Below, piece by piece: positions 30,730 through 40,816 of a stretch of 64,000 nt of DNA. Both the position numbers and the translations under genes were made by a program. Within the stretch, counting starts at the first letter, position 1. Every line of letters starts with the position of its first letter. The DNA comes from Andalucia godoyi And28 (lineage: Eukaryota; Protista; Jakobida): contig VRVR01000011.1 in assembly GCA_009859145.1 (NCBI GenBank), positions 312,756 to 376,755 of the forward strand. The letters are read 5' to 3'. Under the pieces are notes generated by a model, which was given only the letters and a program-made list of their open reading frames with translations, was not told the DNA's origin and did no database searches.

Positions 30730-33123
30730 CTATTCATTGTCGTGCAGGTCCGCAGCGGTGTCTAATCTGGAAGCACTGGACTTTGCCCGCACAGCAGCGC
30801 CCCGTTTGACCTGGCGAGCACGGACACCGAATCCGAGCGTATGCATGGATTCCGACAAGCAGCCTTCAGTGGGAGGCACAGTTACCAAGAGAAGCATCTT
30901 GGCTTCACCTCCTAAACAGCTGGACAAGCAATGGGTTAGTTTCGATCTTCGGTACGGAATGTGCTGCTGACGTTGACCCAGCGCAGAAAGGACGTCGCCG
31001 AAGGCAGCCAGAGACCGATTCACATGCTTGGCCTCGGTCAATGCAGCTCCCTCGACTCCAGATTTTGAAACACACTCGGAGCCTGCCAGATCCACAAACC
31101 ACAGAGACGCCTTTGTCGTCTTGTTGGTGACAACAACCAACGAATGAGAACGTGATGAATGAGCATTCAGCAGGGTTGGACACTTCGCTCGCTTGCTTTC
31201 TCCGTGCATGATCAACTTTTGCGCCTCTGCAACGCTTGAGATGTGAACCTGTTGAAGCAAGTCCAGTTTAGAAATTGGCGTTACATCCGGCTCCGTCAGA
31301 AGGTCTCGAAAGGTTTCGTTGTAGATTTCCAGCATGGACAGAGAATATTCCTGCGGCTTCGACGACGAATCCAACAAGCAGGCGAGTGAGCGCTGCGTGA
31401 TATTTCGCATGGAGTGCGTCTTCCCGGAGGCTGTTTGGCCATATGCGACAATGCAAACATGATAGCCATCCAAATAGCTTGTGACTAATGGTGACACTCC
31501 GCGAAGGAAAAGCTCGTCCTCCGAAGTTTCTGGCGCGTACACCTCATCAAACCCATAGATACGACTTCGTCCGTTGGCTACGCGCACGTGTATTTCATCG
31601 TTTTCGGAGAACACAACTGGAGCGGACGATCCGTCTCCCTCAGCATCGTTTGCAGTGCAGGAGGTGTCTTCCGATTCAGAAACGCCGACCGGCAACGCTT
31701 GGTTTCTCACCTTTAAGGGTCGGATTCTGCAATGCACGCGGATGTTCCCCTCTGCCTCTATAAGAGCATTATGCAATCGCCGTCTTTCCTGCCTTTCAAA
31801 CTCCAATCGTTTCTTCAGTTCTGCAGCTTCTGAATTCGAGTCCAGTCTTTTCATCAAACACGCACTCCAGGAAAGCAGATCGGAGGAAAACGATGACAGC
31901 GAAGCCATTGTCGCAAACCTAACTGCCGCATGTTCCGTTTTCAACATAAGAATCGTATTGCTGTGCTCCACAAGACTCTGGCAGAAAGCCTGGCTGGGCT
32001 TCTTTTCGTGATTTCTTCCTTCTTCCGCGGGGCCAATGCGAGACTTCAAACTGGACTCGCACTCGTCAAGCCGCGATCGAGATCGGATGATGGATGCAGA
32101 CAAGCAAGTTATCTTGTCCGAAATCGACTGATTCTGGCTGACACGCTGCGGTGTATAGTTGCAAGCATTCGATATGCTGCGAGAGAACACTGCAGCAGCA
32201 GAAGGAACTCCTTTCCGTGCAGAAATCGACGACGAATCCCTGGACTGTGAAGAGGGAGTCGTGCCTCGTGCATGTGGCTCTGGAGAATGGATGCCTGTTC
32301 TTTTGGAATCCAAGCGCGGTGTCGAATTCCTCACGTTAGACGAAAACGCTTCCGTTGGAACCTCGTCAGTCGGGTACTGATGGAGAGCAGAAGCGGAGTT
32401 TGCAGGAGATGAGAACACGCCTTGCGAAACATTCGTAAGCGGAGACGCAATCTTTGGAGAAAGCCTTGACGAGAGAATCTCGGAAAGCCGCACAGGCGTA
32501 AAGGTTTCTCGCTCCTTCTGCATAGAGTCTTGCAAGCGCCGAGTCTCCTCCGTCATTGCACTTTCGCTCGAAACAACCACATGTTTGGCCGCGGCTTGAT
32601 GTGGAGACGTTCCGAGAGCCTCTTCACGGTTCCGTACTCTCAGCGGCGACAACACTGCTGCAGCAGCTGCTGCAGTCATCATCGTCGTCGTCGGTTGAGC
32701 ATTTTCGTTGTTCTCAGGATCACGAGGACGGCAGTGGTGGGTGGCCGATGTTCTGTGCTGCGGCATCTCAGCGGAACCTTGGCTGCAGTGGTCTTCGTCT
32801 TCGGGCTGACCTTGTGCGAAGAATCGATAGCGATGGCCCGCAATAACGAATGTGTCCTTGTTTCTCAGCAGCGTTGTGAGCATCTTGTTCGTATGTGGAG
32901 ACTGGGTCGTCAGATATGCTCTTCCCGATTCCCCGACAGTCAGCTTGAGAATGGGGCCCGCTGCACACTCGCTCTTCTTCATGATGTCATTGCAACCGCC
33001 GCTGCCGACGCAGTGATGCTGAGGATGATCATCAAACAAATGCGTTTGCGATCTCAGGCGAATCGGACTAAGACCAGGTTCCAAAGGCTTCAAATACCCA
33101 TAGTCCACACATCCCTTGCTCAT
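30730..33123 (-). CDS. Kinesin-14 (C-terminal motor) with possible degenerate N-terminal FHA-like domain
   Basis: Kinesin-14 neck ERRRLHNALIEAEGNIRVHCRIRP; GQTASGKT, NAHSSRSH, DLAGSE, HIPYRRSKLT; the motor has shortened loops. Confidence 0.88.
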   Translation of the reverse strand: MSKGCVDYGYLKPLEPGLSPIRLRSQTHLFDDHPQHHCVGSGGCNDIMKKSECAAGPILKLTVGESGRAYLTTQSPHTNKMLTTLLRNKDTFVIAGHRYRFFAQGQPEDEDHCSQGSAEMPQHRTSATHHCRPRDPENNENAQPTTTMMTAAAAAAVLSPLRVRNREEALGTSPHQAAAKHVVVSSESAMTEETRRLQDSMQKERETFTPVRLSEILSSRLSPKIASPLTNVSQGVFSSPANSASALHQYPTDEVPTEAFSSNVRNSTPRLDSKRTGIHSPEPHARGTTPSSQSRDSSSISARKGVPSAAAVFSRSISNACNYTPQRVSQNQSISDKITCLSASIIRSRSRLDECESSLKSRIGPAEEGRNHEKKPSQAFCQSLVEHSNTILMLKTEHAAVRFATMASLSSFSSDLLSWSACLMKRLDSNSEAAELKKRLEFERQERRRLHNALIEAEGNIRVHCRIRPLKVRNQALPVGVSESEDTSCTANDAEGDGSSAPVVFSENDEIHVRVANGRSRIYGFDEVYAPETSEDELFLRGVSPLVTSYLDGYHVCIVAYGQTASGKTHSMRNITQRSLACLLDSSSKPQEYSLSMLEIYNETFRDLLTEPDVTPISKLDLLQQVHISSVAEAQKLIMHGESKRAKCPTLLNAHSSRSHSLVVVTNKTTKASLWFVDLAGSECVSKSGVEGAALTEAKHVNRSLAAFGDVLSALGQRQQHIPYRRSKLTHCLSSCLGGEAKMLLLVTVPPTEGCLSESMHTLGFGVRARQVKRGAAVRAKSSASRLDTAADLHDNE

Positions 33124-33573
33124 CCCTCACCCCTTTCCAAAAATAACGTATTTAAAAATAAAAAAAAGAAAGATATGGTCTTCACCACATTAACAGAATC
33201 AAAAATATTAACGAATGAAAAAAACTTGCAGTTTGGCGTTCCTGTTTTCCTCACTCGGATTTGACCAACTGTACACGCTGTAACGGTCAGCTGTTGCCCC
33301 TCCCCTTCCCACAAAAAATAAATAATAATAGTAATGCTTGACGCTAACTTGGTTCATTCCGCAGAAAGTCACACGGAAGAATCAAGCAGCTACAGCAGCT
33401 GCTTCTCAGGTCGGCTTGATGCTAGCTAGTCTGGTCATAAACCGACAGGGCAGGAGGACCGCTGCGTTATCCAACAAACGGAACAGCAACATACTAACAA
33501 ACAGACAAGCAGACAAACAAACAAACAGAAACCAGCGCAGTCAAAGATCACTAATAGGAAAAGCAGAACAGAC

Positions 33574-33939
33574 ATGGCTCAGCTGATTCAGGTGTTTTAC
33601 GGTGAAAACAAGGATATTCGGTGTAATGCGGATTGCAGAGTGGACATTTTATTCGAGTATTTAAGAAGAAAAACCGAGTATTTCGAGTATGAGGTAGAGA
33701 ATTTGGATTTAGCAGACAGGGCGTCCGGCGCAGCGTCCAAGCTGAATATCGCTGAGAAAATGCAGGATTTTGCATCGAAGCATGTGGAGAGTTGGAAGCA
33801 GTATGTGCTATGTGCTGTGGAAAGAGACGCTCACACAGGCGCTCCGCTGTCGTACAAGGCACTCTATAAAGACGAGACTGGCACAAGCCCTGCTGTCTCG
33901 GATGCGCCGCCTCCCAAGAAGGACGCAAAGAAGAAATAA
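33574..33939 (+). CDS. CXorf65/C22orf15-like small protein
   Basis: IQVFYGENKDIRCNADCRVDILFEYLRRK, LDLAD and FASKHVESWKQYVLCAVER resemble the CXorf65/C22orf15 family; basic tail. Confidence 0.65.
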   Translation: MAQLIQVFYGENKDIRCNADCRVDILFEYLRRKTEYFEYEVENLDLADRASGAASKLNIAEKMQDFASKHVESWKQYVLCAVERDAHTGAPLSYKALYKDETGTSPAVSDAPPPKKDAKKK

Positions 33940-34394
33940 ATGAATTGAAAAAACAAAACAAAACAAAACACAAACCACAAAAACCAAGGTAAGGAACTGT
34001 CGTACCGTCGATTTCCGTGGTGATGCAGGAAAGAGTGCGTTCTCGAGTTTGCTTGAGTGCTCTGTGAAAACTCGTGTCTCTCTTTGATTCTGTTCGGCGA
34101 GTGTTCCGACGAAGGTTTCTTAATATAACACTCCAACCCAAACGTCTGGTGGACGGCTGTGAATATATATCATCGAATGGTATGGCTGAAGGTGTGTAAG
34201 GTCGAGGCCCAATGAGACACTGTCGAATATTGACAGCCGCATCCTTTGTAATTGATGATGGGCACGGATGCTGACTGTAAAAGACACTTCTTTTAACGCC
34301 AAATCATCTGCTTGAGGCGCAGCAAGCGAGCCCAAGTGTTTGGAGAGGTTTTGGAATTGGAGGATAATACTGCTACTTTAAATATTATTATTAC

Positions 34395-34434
<40 letters not shown>

Positions 34435-34477
34435 TGGTTTGCTGTTGTTTTGTTTTGCAATTCAGCAGATAAAGAGT

Positions 34478-35713
34478 ATGGTGGACAGCGTAGACAAGCA
34501 TGAAGCGGCCCGCCTTCACCAGTCGATGAAGGATTTGCACAAGGAATTATGGAAGAAAAGCGAAGAAATCGTCCTGATTCGCTTTCCGAGAAAAGTCGAG
34601 TCGCTTAGGCATTTCGAGCAGGTTTCGCGCGAGTACTCGGATTCTTGTGCGTTTTCGCTTCCGGATGGTGGGACTGCAGTGCTGCCGCCTCCAGAAGCCA
34701 AGCGGTTTAAAGGGTCTGATCAAGGTATGATCGTCTTTTCTTCTACCATTCGTGGCAAGTGTGCACAAGTATTGACGGATTTTGTCTTGTGGTGACCGGC
34801 TATGCGTCATGTGTGTCTGATGTGTGTGTGTGTGTGTGTGTGTGTGTGTTGAGTTGCAAGCAGGCGCGCATTCTCATGGTCATCTTCATACAGAAGAGGT
34901 TCCGTCGAATCCTCTGTTCGTCAAGCTGGTGGCGAGTGTAAGGAACGAAATCGTCGAGGCGATTGACATGTTTCATACTGTCAAGGTATGTGGTGCTTTT
35001 GTTGCTTTGTGTTTTTTCATTCTACGACTTTTGTTTGTGCAAACTCCTCTGCCTTCCTCCTCCTTCGCTGTCAATGGTGTACAATGTTGTATGTTCACGT
35101 CTGGGATGTTGTTGTTTGTTTTGAAAAATGCAGCTGTGGGTTCAACTGAACGTTCCAAAGGTATGTGCGTCTCTGCAGTCTCTGCGAGCAGTTTCGTTTC
35201 GATTGTACAAAGCGTGCAAGTCTGTGGCTAATCTGATTTCCCCTCCACGTGTCTTTATTGGGTTTTTCTGTGTGTATTTTGTAATCGTGGATAGATTGAA
35301 GATGGGAATAACTTTGGGGTGTCGGTCCAGGAAGAAATCATCAATGAGCTGTCGCGCACGGAGGAGTCCTTGTTTGCATGGATGGATTTGAGTTGCAAAG
35401 GATTTGCATCTCGCGGAAAGTTGGTCAGCAAATGCATCAAATATCCGGGCGTGGAGGACTATCGCCGGTCTGTGGATGCACTGGACCACAAGCTCTACAT
35501 GGACATGCGAATGTGTGGATTTGGTACGTGTCTTTTTGCATTACTCTCTTCTTTACTTTTCTTCGTTTCCCCGTCTCACTTGATCGCGTGTGCTCACGTC
35601 ATGATGTATTAGACTTGCGAAACAACTATTCGGCTCTTTACGACTTGATCACCAAGAACTTTGAAAAACTCAAGAAGCCCAAATCCGATCAGCCCACAGG
35701 CTCCATGTTCTGA
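34478..35713 (+). CDS. PSME3: Proteasome activator PA28/REG (5 exons: 34478-34724, ~34894-34985, 35134-35160, 35295-35523, 35613-35713)
   Basis: The spliced product contains VPSN, LWVQLNVPK|IEDGNNFGVSVQEE, RGKLVSKCIKYPGVEDYR, DLRNNY..LYDLITKNFEKLKKP. All junctions are GT..AG; the exon-2 acceptor could also be 34860 or 34863. Confidence 0.9.
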
Positions 35714-35954
35714 TCCGTCATCCCGCAGGCAGGCCAGACACCACCATGCACGACATTTTTGTTTTGTTTTTTGTTTGTATTGAAGAACGCAGCCAGAATA
35801 GAGAGGAGAGAGCACAGCAATGGGCCAATCAACAATCATGATGACCGCAGAACGTGCTCAGGGACGGAGGAGGGGAAAGGAAAGAAGAAGAAACGGTGAT
35901 CCTCAAAATAAACAAGCATCATCATCACCATCATCATCACCATCACCTTCTTCG

Positions 35955-36329
35955 TCATGTCGCGGTGACTGCCAAGTTGTCAACGTTCTTGACGAGTTGT
36001 GCCCATTTCGCTCGGTGTCGGCAGTCATTGAGAAGCGCAATGAGCGTGCCAAATGATGTTTTGTACAGAATTGCCGATCGTTCCATTCCGCGCGACACAC
36101 ACAGAATGCGGCCAACTTGCAACTCCAGTACAATAAACTGCATTCCGCAAATCAAGAGACCCGCAGAAAGAAACCCTGGCTGCTTGCTGCTGTTCCAAAA
36201 GTCGTGGTCCATGACGGCCACATCGCAATCTACCATCGATCCTATCAACGTCCCGGCGTGGTCCAATGCCAGAACTTGTGACGAAAACGGCTCAAACCGT
36301 CGAAGAAACTCCCGCGTCGACATGCACAT
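35955..36329 (-). CDS. Divergent profilin-like protein
   Basis: 124-aa ORF whose motif order (VLALDHAGTLIGS; GFLSAGLLICGMQFIVL; SAILYKTSFGTLIALLND; C-terminal helix) parallels profilin. Confidence 0.55.
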   Translation of the reverse strand: MCMSTREFLRRFEPFSSQVLALDHAGTLIGSMVDCDVAVMDHDFWNSSKQPGFLSAGLLICGMQFIVLELQVGRILCVSRGMERSAILYKTSFGTLIALLNDCRHRAKWAQLVKNVDNLAVTAT

Positions 36330-36515
36330 TCCGTCTCGCTCCCTTTGGCCACTGTCGGCTTCAGAACTCTGTCAGCAGCAACAGCAGCAACAGCAACATC
36401 AAAAAAGTGCACGAGGTTGCAGCTAGCAAGTAAACAAGCGGGAAAGATCGATACCGACAAAAGACGTACAGTCGACATTGCGGTGTTCTTTTAAATTTAA
36501 CTCTAAATTCACAAA

Positions 36516-38207
36516 CTAGGGAAGCTCTGGGGTAAGGGTTTGGAGAGCGTCTCTGCAAGTCTGGGAAATGTAAGGGTTCGTGGACTCGAGCGCGACAGAC
36601 ATTTTAGACAGGTAATGATCAAAGTCGAAATCGTTCACGAGAGAGTCACGCAGCGCGTCCACGACCCGCGTTGCAGAAGACAAGAAATGAAGCAGGCACG
36701 CAGCGAGCGCAGCGAGTGTCTGGGTGTTTTCAGGCGGGAGGAGGATCAGTGACTTCATGGAGGTTTCCAGCAAGTCAAAGATGAAAGGAAGACAGCTGTA
36801 TCGGGAGAAGAGCAGGCCAACCCATCGCGATGATTCTGCGCTTGTGCACCAGCCGTTGAGTTGGTCGATGATGAGCATCAGAGTGCGCTGGGCTACCCCA
36901 TTGGCTTCCAGGTTGGGAAGCGAAGAAATCCACTTGATTCCATCCACAAACGCAAGAACCACCTGCGCATCGGTTGCCGAGTAGACGCTGCAGAAGACAG
37001 AAAGACAGCGCAAAGCACTGCATCGCACGGAGAGAAAGGAGCTCCGCGAGAGCTTGAGAACCTCCGTGAGGATCCTGGTCGATACAACAACGGAGTCGGC
37101 CTTGTAGCAAGAAATCGCAGTTTCCAAGAGCCTAACACCGGCATCGAGGACGAGCTCGGGAGCTGCGATGTGATGTGTGATTTTGAGCACGAGGTCGAGG
37201 ATGCCGTTTCCTGGCGATTCGAACAGTATTTGAAGGAATTCAGGCCTGCTGCGAACCGCCTCCACTGCAGCCGTGAGCGCCTCCATCACAAATCTGCTTA
37301 GCGGATCGCGTTCCAAGGAAAACAACAAGAAGCACAGCTCTTCGAACAGGCCGTTGTCGACGAGACTCAGGACCCATGGTTTCATGCAGTCCATCGACCT
37401 CCTCAGTGATGACGGTGATGGTGACAGACACTTGCAAAGCAGAACGAGCGTCCTTTGCAGAATTTCTCGTTCTTCTGTCTCTGGGTCTACAGGATCAAAC
37501 TCGATTCGCAAGAGCTGCAGAAACGTGTTCGGACGGATCATCGCCACGACGTCGAGCAGTCCGTCCTGGATAAGAAGTTCAACGGCATCCATGGAGCGCA
37601 GTATTCTACAGACAGAGTCTGATTCGAAGCCCGCTTGCAGAGCCTGCACGTACGGATTGAGAAGCCGCAGCAGCCCCGGGTCCTGCAAGAGGTACATGGA
37701 CAGGTACACCGAAACGACCTCGACGGCCACCGGCACAGTTTCCAGGAACCGCAGCAGGACCGGCAACGGGAACAGCGCTACGACTCGTTTTCGCTGAGAC
37801 GCAGGAACCAGCAAGCACACATTCAAGACAAACTCCACTTCCGCAACACTCGGCTCAGTTTTCTCCAACAGCAAATGGCTGCACTTCCTCAACTGCTGTA
37901 CCGAGATCCCGCCGTTCGCCGCAGCGCACGAACGCAACCACGCATCCGCCTCGGGGAACCGGATCTCGCACTTGTCGCCCTCTGTCGACACATCAAACGG
38001 GAGCACCTCCTGCTCCTGCTCCTGCTCCTTCGTCTTCTTTGCTTCCCGGATCCCGCCTGCTGTAGTCAGACTCGAGGAATCCGAACTCGCAACAAGAGCA
38101 TCCTCGGCCACCAACGCACCAAGCCCAAGTCCCGAAACTCCGAGCATCAATCGAGGTGACACGGAGCCAAGGATGTGCCGTACAAGAACTCCCAGCCTTG
38201 TCCGCAT
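36516..38207 (-). CDS. Helical-repeat (ARM/HEAT-like) protein with possible mitochondrial-type N-terminus, function unknown
   Basis: 563-aa Leu-rich helical ORF; the Arg-rich, acid-free N-terminus is followed by a short hydrophobic stretch. Confidence 0.7.
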   Translation of the reverse strand: MRTRLGVLVRHILGSVSPRLMLGVSGLGLGALVAEDALVASSDSSSLTTAGGIREAKKTKEQEQEQEVLPFDVSTEGDKCEIRFPEADAWLRSCAAANGGISVQQLRKCSHLLLEKTEPSVAEVEFVLNVCLLVPASQRKRVVALFPLPVLLRFLETVPVAVEVVSVYLSMYLLQDPGLLRLLNPYVQALQAGFESDSVCRILRSMDAVELLIQDGLLDVVAMIRPNTFLQLLRIEFDPVDPETEEREILQRTLVLLCKCLSPSPSSLRRSMDCMKPWVLSLVDNGLFEELCFLLFSLERDPLSRFVMEALTAAVEAVRSRPEFLQILFESPGNGILDLVLKITHHIAAPELVLDAGVRLLETAISCYKADSVVVSTRILTEVLKLSRSSFLSVRCSALRCLSVFCSVYSATDAQVVLAFVDGIKWISSLPNLEANGVAQRTLMLIIDQLNGWCTSAESSRWVGLLFSRYSCLPFIFDLLETSMKSLILLPPENTQTLAALAACLLHFLSSATRVVDALRDSLVNDFDFDHYLSKMSVALESTNPYISQTCRDALQTLTPELP

Positions 38208-38591
38208 CGCTCCGCCCGCGCCCCACTCGCTCTACACCGAGGACGGGAAAATAACAAATGTACCTAATAATAATAATGATACACAATGCAAACAGAGCCC
38301 ATCTACCCATCAACTCGTCCGTTTTGGACGCCCTCCCCCCTCGCGGTGCCGTGGAAACTCAACGAACTCAAACGCAAGTCTGTATTTTATTATTATTATT
38401 TTTCCCTCGTCTTTTCTGTTTCCCGCCAGATTCCCCAAACTCGGGGAGTTTTTTTCCCTCGCAAACTCCCTACATCGACGACACCTCATACACGCTAATC
38501 AAGGATTGAAGAAAACCCTTTCAGTTCTGTGTGAAACTCGAGTCTCCGATTTCGCTTTCGTTTTCATTCTTATATTTATATAATCATTTCC

Positions 38592-38636
<45 letters not shown>

Positions 38637-38643
38637 TCGAGGA

Positions 38644-40566
38644 ATGTCGCTGAGCACAGGAGTATTGTTGAAGATATACCAGGGGTCGACGCCTGCGGAT
38701 CCTGTTGTTCAGCTTTTGGAGCTTAAGAAGCTTGAGAACAAGCAGCCTTCAGGCGGGAATGCGAAGTTGCGAGTTATTTTGTCGGATGGAAAATACTACA
38801 TGATTGGCATTCTTAGCTCGCAGGTGGTGCAGCAAGTCGACAGCGGTGCGCTCGGCAAGTTTGGGATCGTTCGGCTGTCTAACTACTCATGCAATGATGT
38901 CCAGAACAAGCGTGTCGTCATCGTGCTGGCGGTCGATGTTATCCAAGCTCAAGGTGCCGAGCAGATTGGAAGCCCAGAAAAGCTGGATGGAGCAGGCACG
39001 AATAGTAGCAATCCGGGTGCGCAGGCGCCAGTGGTCTCGAGCCGTACGATGGCTGCGGCTCCGCTGTCTGCGATTTCTGCCACGGGGAATCTGGGGAGTA
39101 CAGGTCAAAATACCGCAACATCGTCGTTTGGTGCATCGCGGCCCACGGCCTCGGCCCCGGCCTCGACCACAGCACCGGCACCGGCGGTTGCAGGAAGCCC
39201 GGCTGTTCGGAAAGGACCCGTCACTCCGGTGTCGCCGTCTGGTAGTGTCAGTGACAGCGTCGTTCCGATTGCGTCGCTCAACATGTACCACACCAAGTGG
39301 GCCATCAAAGGAAGAATCTCCAGCAAAACACCGATCAAGCGATATTCGAATGCAAAGGGAGAAGGAAAGCTGCTGAATGTCACGCTGGCGGATGAGCACG
39401 GAGGGGAAATCAGAATCACAATGTTCAATGACTGCGTCGATCGCTTCGGAGATTTGCTCGTGGAAGGCAACGTCTACATCATTGCTCGTGGACAGGTGAA
39501 ACACGCAAATCGCAAGTATTCTTCTGTGAACAATGATTACGAGATTGTGTTGGATGACAAGTCGGTCATTGAGCTGGTGCAGGATGACAACTCCATTCCG
39601 GTGCTGAAAATCGACAGCATCCCTATTGATCAGCTGTCTTCGGTGCTGGAAGACAGTATGGTGACGATCATGGGAGTCGTGACGTCGGTGGGAGAGGTCG
39701 GCGAAATCATTTCCAAGAAGAATGGCTCATCGATTCCAAAGCGAAACATTGTTGTTGCGGACCAGTCGCTTGCGTCTGTCGACGTCACCATCTGGGGTGG
39801 ACAGGCAACGACGTTCTCTGCTCAGGTTGGGGAAGTGGTGGCTCTGCGCGACTGCAAGGTGTCTTCTTACAACGGCCGCACCGTATCCTGTCTCAATCAA
39901 TCGTCAATCGTGGTGGAGCCAAAGACCGATGAGTCGTATGCCCTGCATGGCTGGTGGACCAGTCGCGACTCGTCGGAGCAAATTCGCAACATTTCCTCCT
40001 CTTCTGGTTCGCGTATGGGTGCGGGTGGAGCGGATGGAAGTGTGGAGCGTGTGGACCGCCGGAAGAATCTCGGATCGATCCAGGACGATCGTCTTGGATT
40101 TGGCGACAAGCCGGATTGGGTAACTGCCCTTGCCACGTTGACAAAGATCAAATCCGATAAGGACATGTGGTATTCAGCACGTAAGAGCGAACAGAGGGAA
40201 GACGGCTCATGGAAGTTTGACAAGTGCGACCCAATGGACCCGCAGGCAGAACGACGGTACGTCGTTTCCTTGAATCTTACAGACAGCACGGGGGATTCCT
40301 ATGCGACTGCGTTCGAGAATACGGCCCAGGTGATTGTGGGCGACGTGTCTGCGAATGATCTTGCCGCCTACAAGGAAAACGACCCGCCTACTTTCTCTTC
40401 CATCATCCAGGACGCCTTGTTCAAGAAGTATGTGTTCAAGCTGAAGATCCAGGCGCAAACGGTGAATGACGAAAAGCGTGCCAAGGCCGTCATCGTCAGT
40501 GCCACTCCAGTTTCTTGGGTGGATGAATCTCGTCGAATGATTGACGATTTGAAACGAATGATGTAA
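38644..40566 (+). CDS. RPA1: Replication protein A 70-kDa subunit
   Basis: DBD-F (LRVILSDGKY), DBD-A (IASLNMYHTKWAIKGRISSK, GEGKL, GEIRITMFN), DBD-B, DBD-C (GFGDKPDW, NLTDSTG, ALFKKYVFKLKI). Confidence 0.95.
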   Translation: MSLSTGVLLKIYQGSTPADPVVQLLELKKLENKQPSGGNAKLRVILSDGKYYMIGILSSQVVQQVDSGALGKFGIVRLSNYSCNDVQNKRVVIVLAVDVIQAQGAEQIGSPEKLDGAGTNSSNPGAQAPVVSSRTMAAAPLSAISATGNLGSTGQNTATSSFGASRPTASAPASTTAPAPAVAGSPAVRKGPVTPVSPSGSVSDSVVPIASLNMYHTKWAIKGRISSKTPIKRYSNAKGEGKLLNVTLADEHGGEIRITMFNDCVDRFGDLLVEGNVYIIARGQVKHANRKYSSVNNDYEIVLDDKSVIELVQDDNSIPVLKIDSIPIDQLSSVLEDSMVTIMGVVTSVGEVGEIISKKNGSSIPKRNIVVADQSLASVDVTIWGGQATTFSAQVGEVVALRDCKVSSYNGRTVSCLNQSSIVVEPKTDESYALHGWWTSRDSSEQIRNISSSSGSRMGAGGADGSVERVDRRKNLGSIQDDRLGFGDKPDWVTALATLTKIKSDKDMWYSARKSEQREDGSWKFDKCDPMDPQAERRYVVSLNLTDSTGDSYATAFENTAQVIVGDVSANDLAAYKENDPPTFSSIIQDALFKKYVFKLKIQAQTVNDEKRAKAVIVSATPVSWVDESRRMIDDLKRMM

Positions 40567-40750
40567 GAAGGACACCGAGCATCCGCAGTAGCACAGAATT
40601 CACAAAGCAAAAACAGCAACAACAACAACAACCAAAAAAAAAAAAAAGGAAAAAGAAGAAGGAATGGAGGGGACAGCAGCAGCAGCAGCAAAAGAAGAAG
40701 AAGAAAACATAAATAATTGGTGCGTTTTCATTTGCTTTTCCAATACACCC

Positions 40751-40752
<2 letters not shown>

Positions 40753-40811
<59 letters not shown>
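40753..40811. repeat. (CA)n microsatellite
   Basis: Directly visible between the convergent RPA1 and spermidine synthase 3' ends. Confidence 0.95.
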
Positions 40812-40813
<2 letters not shown>

Positions 40814-40816
40814 CAC

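Noticed and set aside
40181-40194. GTAAG..CAG mini-intron in the RPA1 zinc-finger region
   Set aside because: Only 14 nt; removing it would shift the frame and could not restore the missing cysteines.
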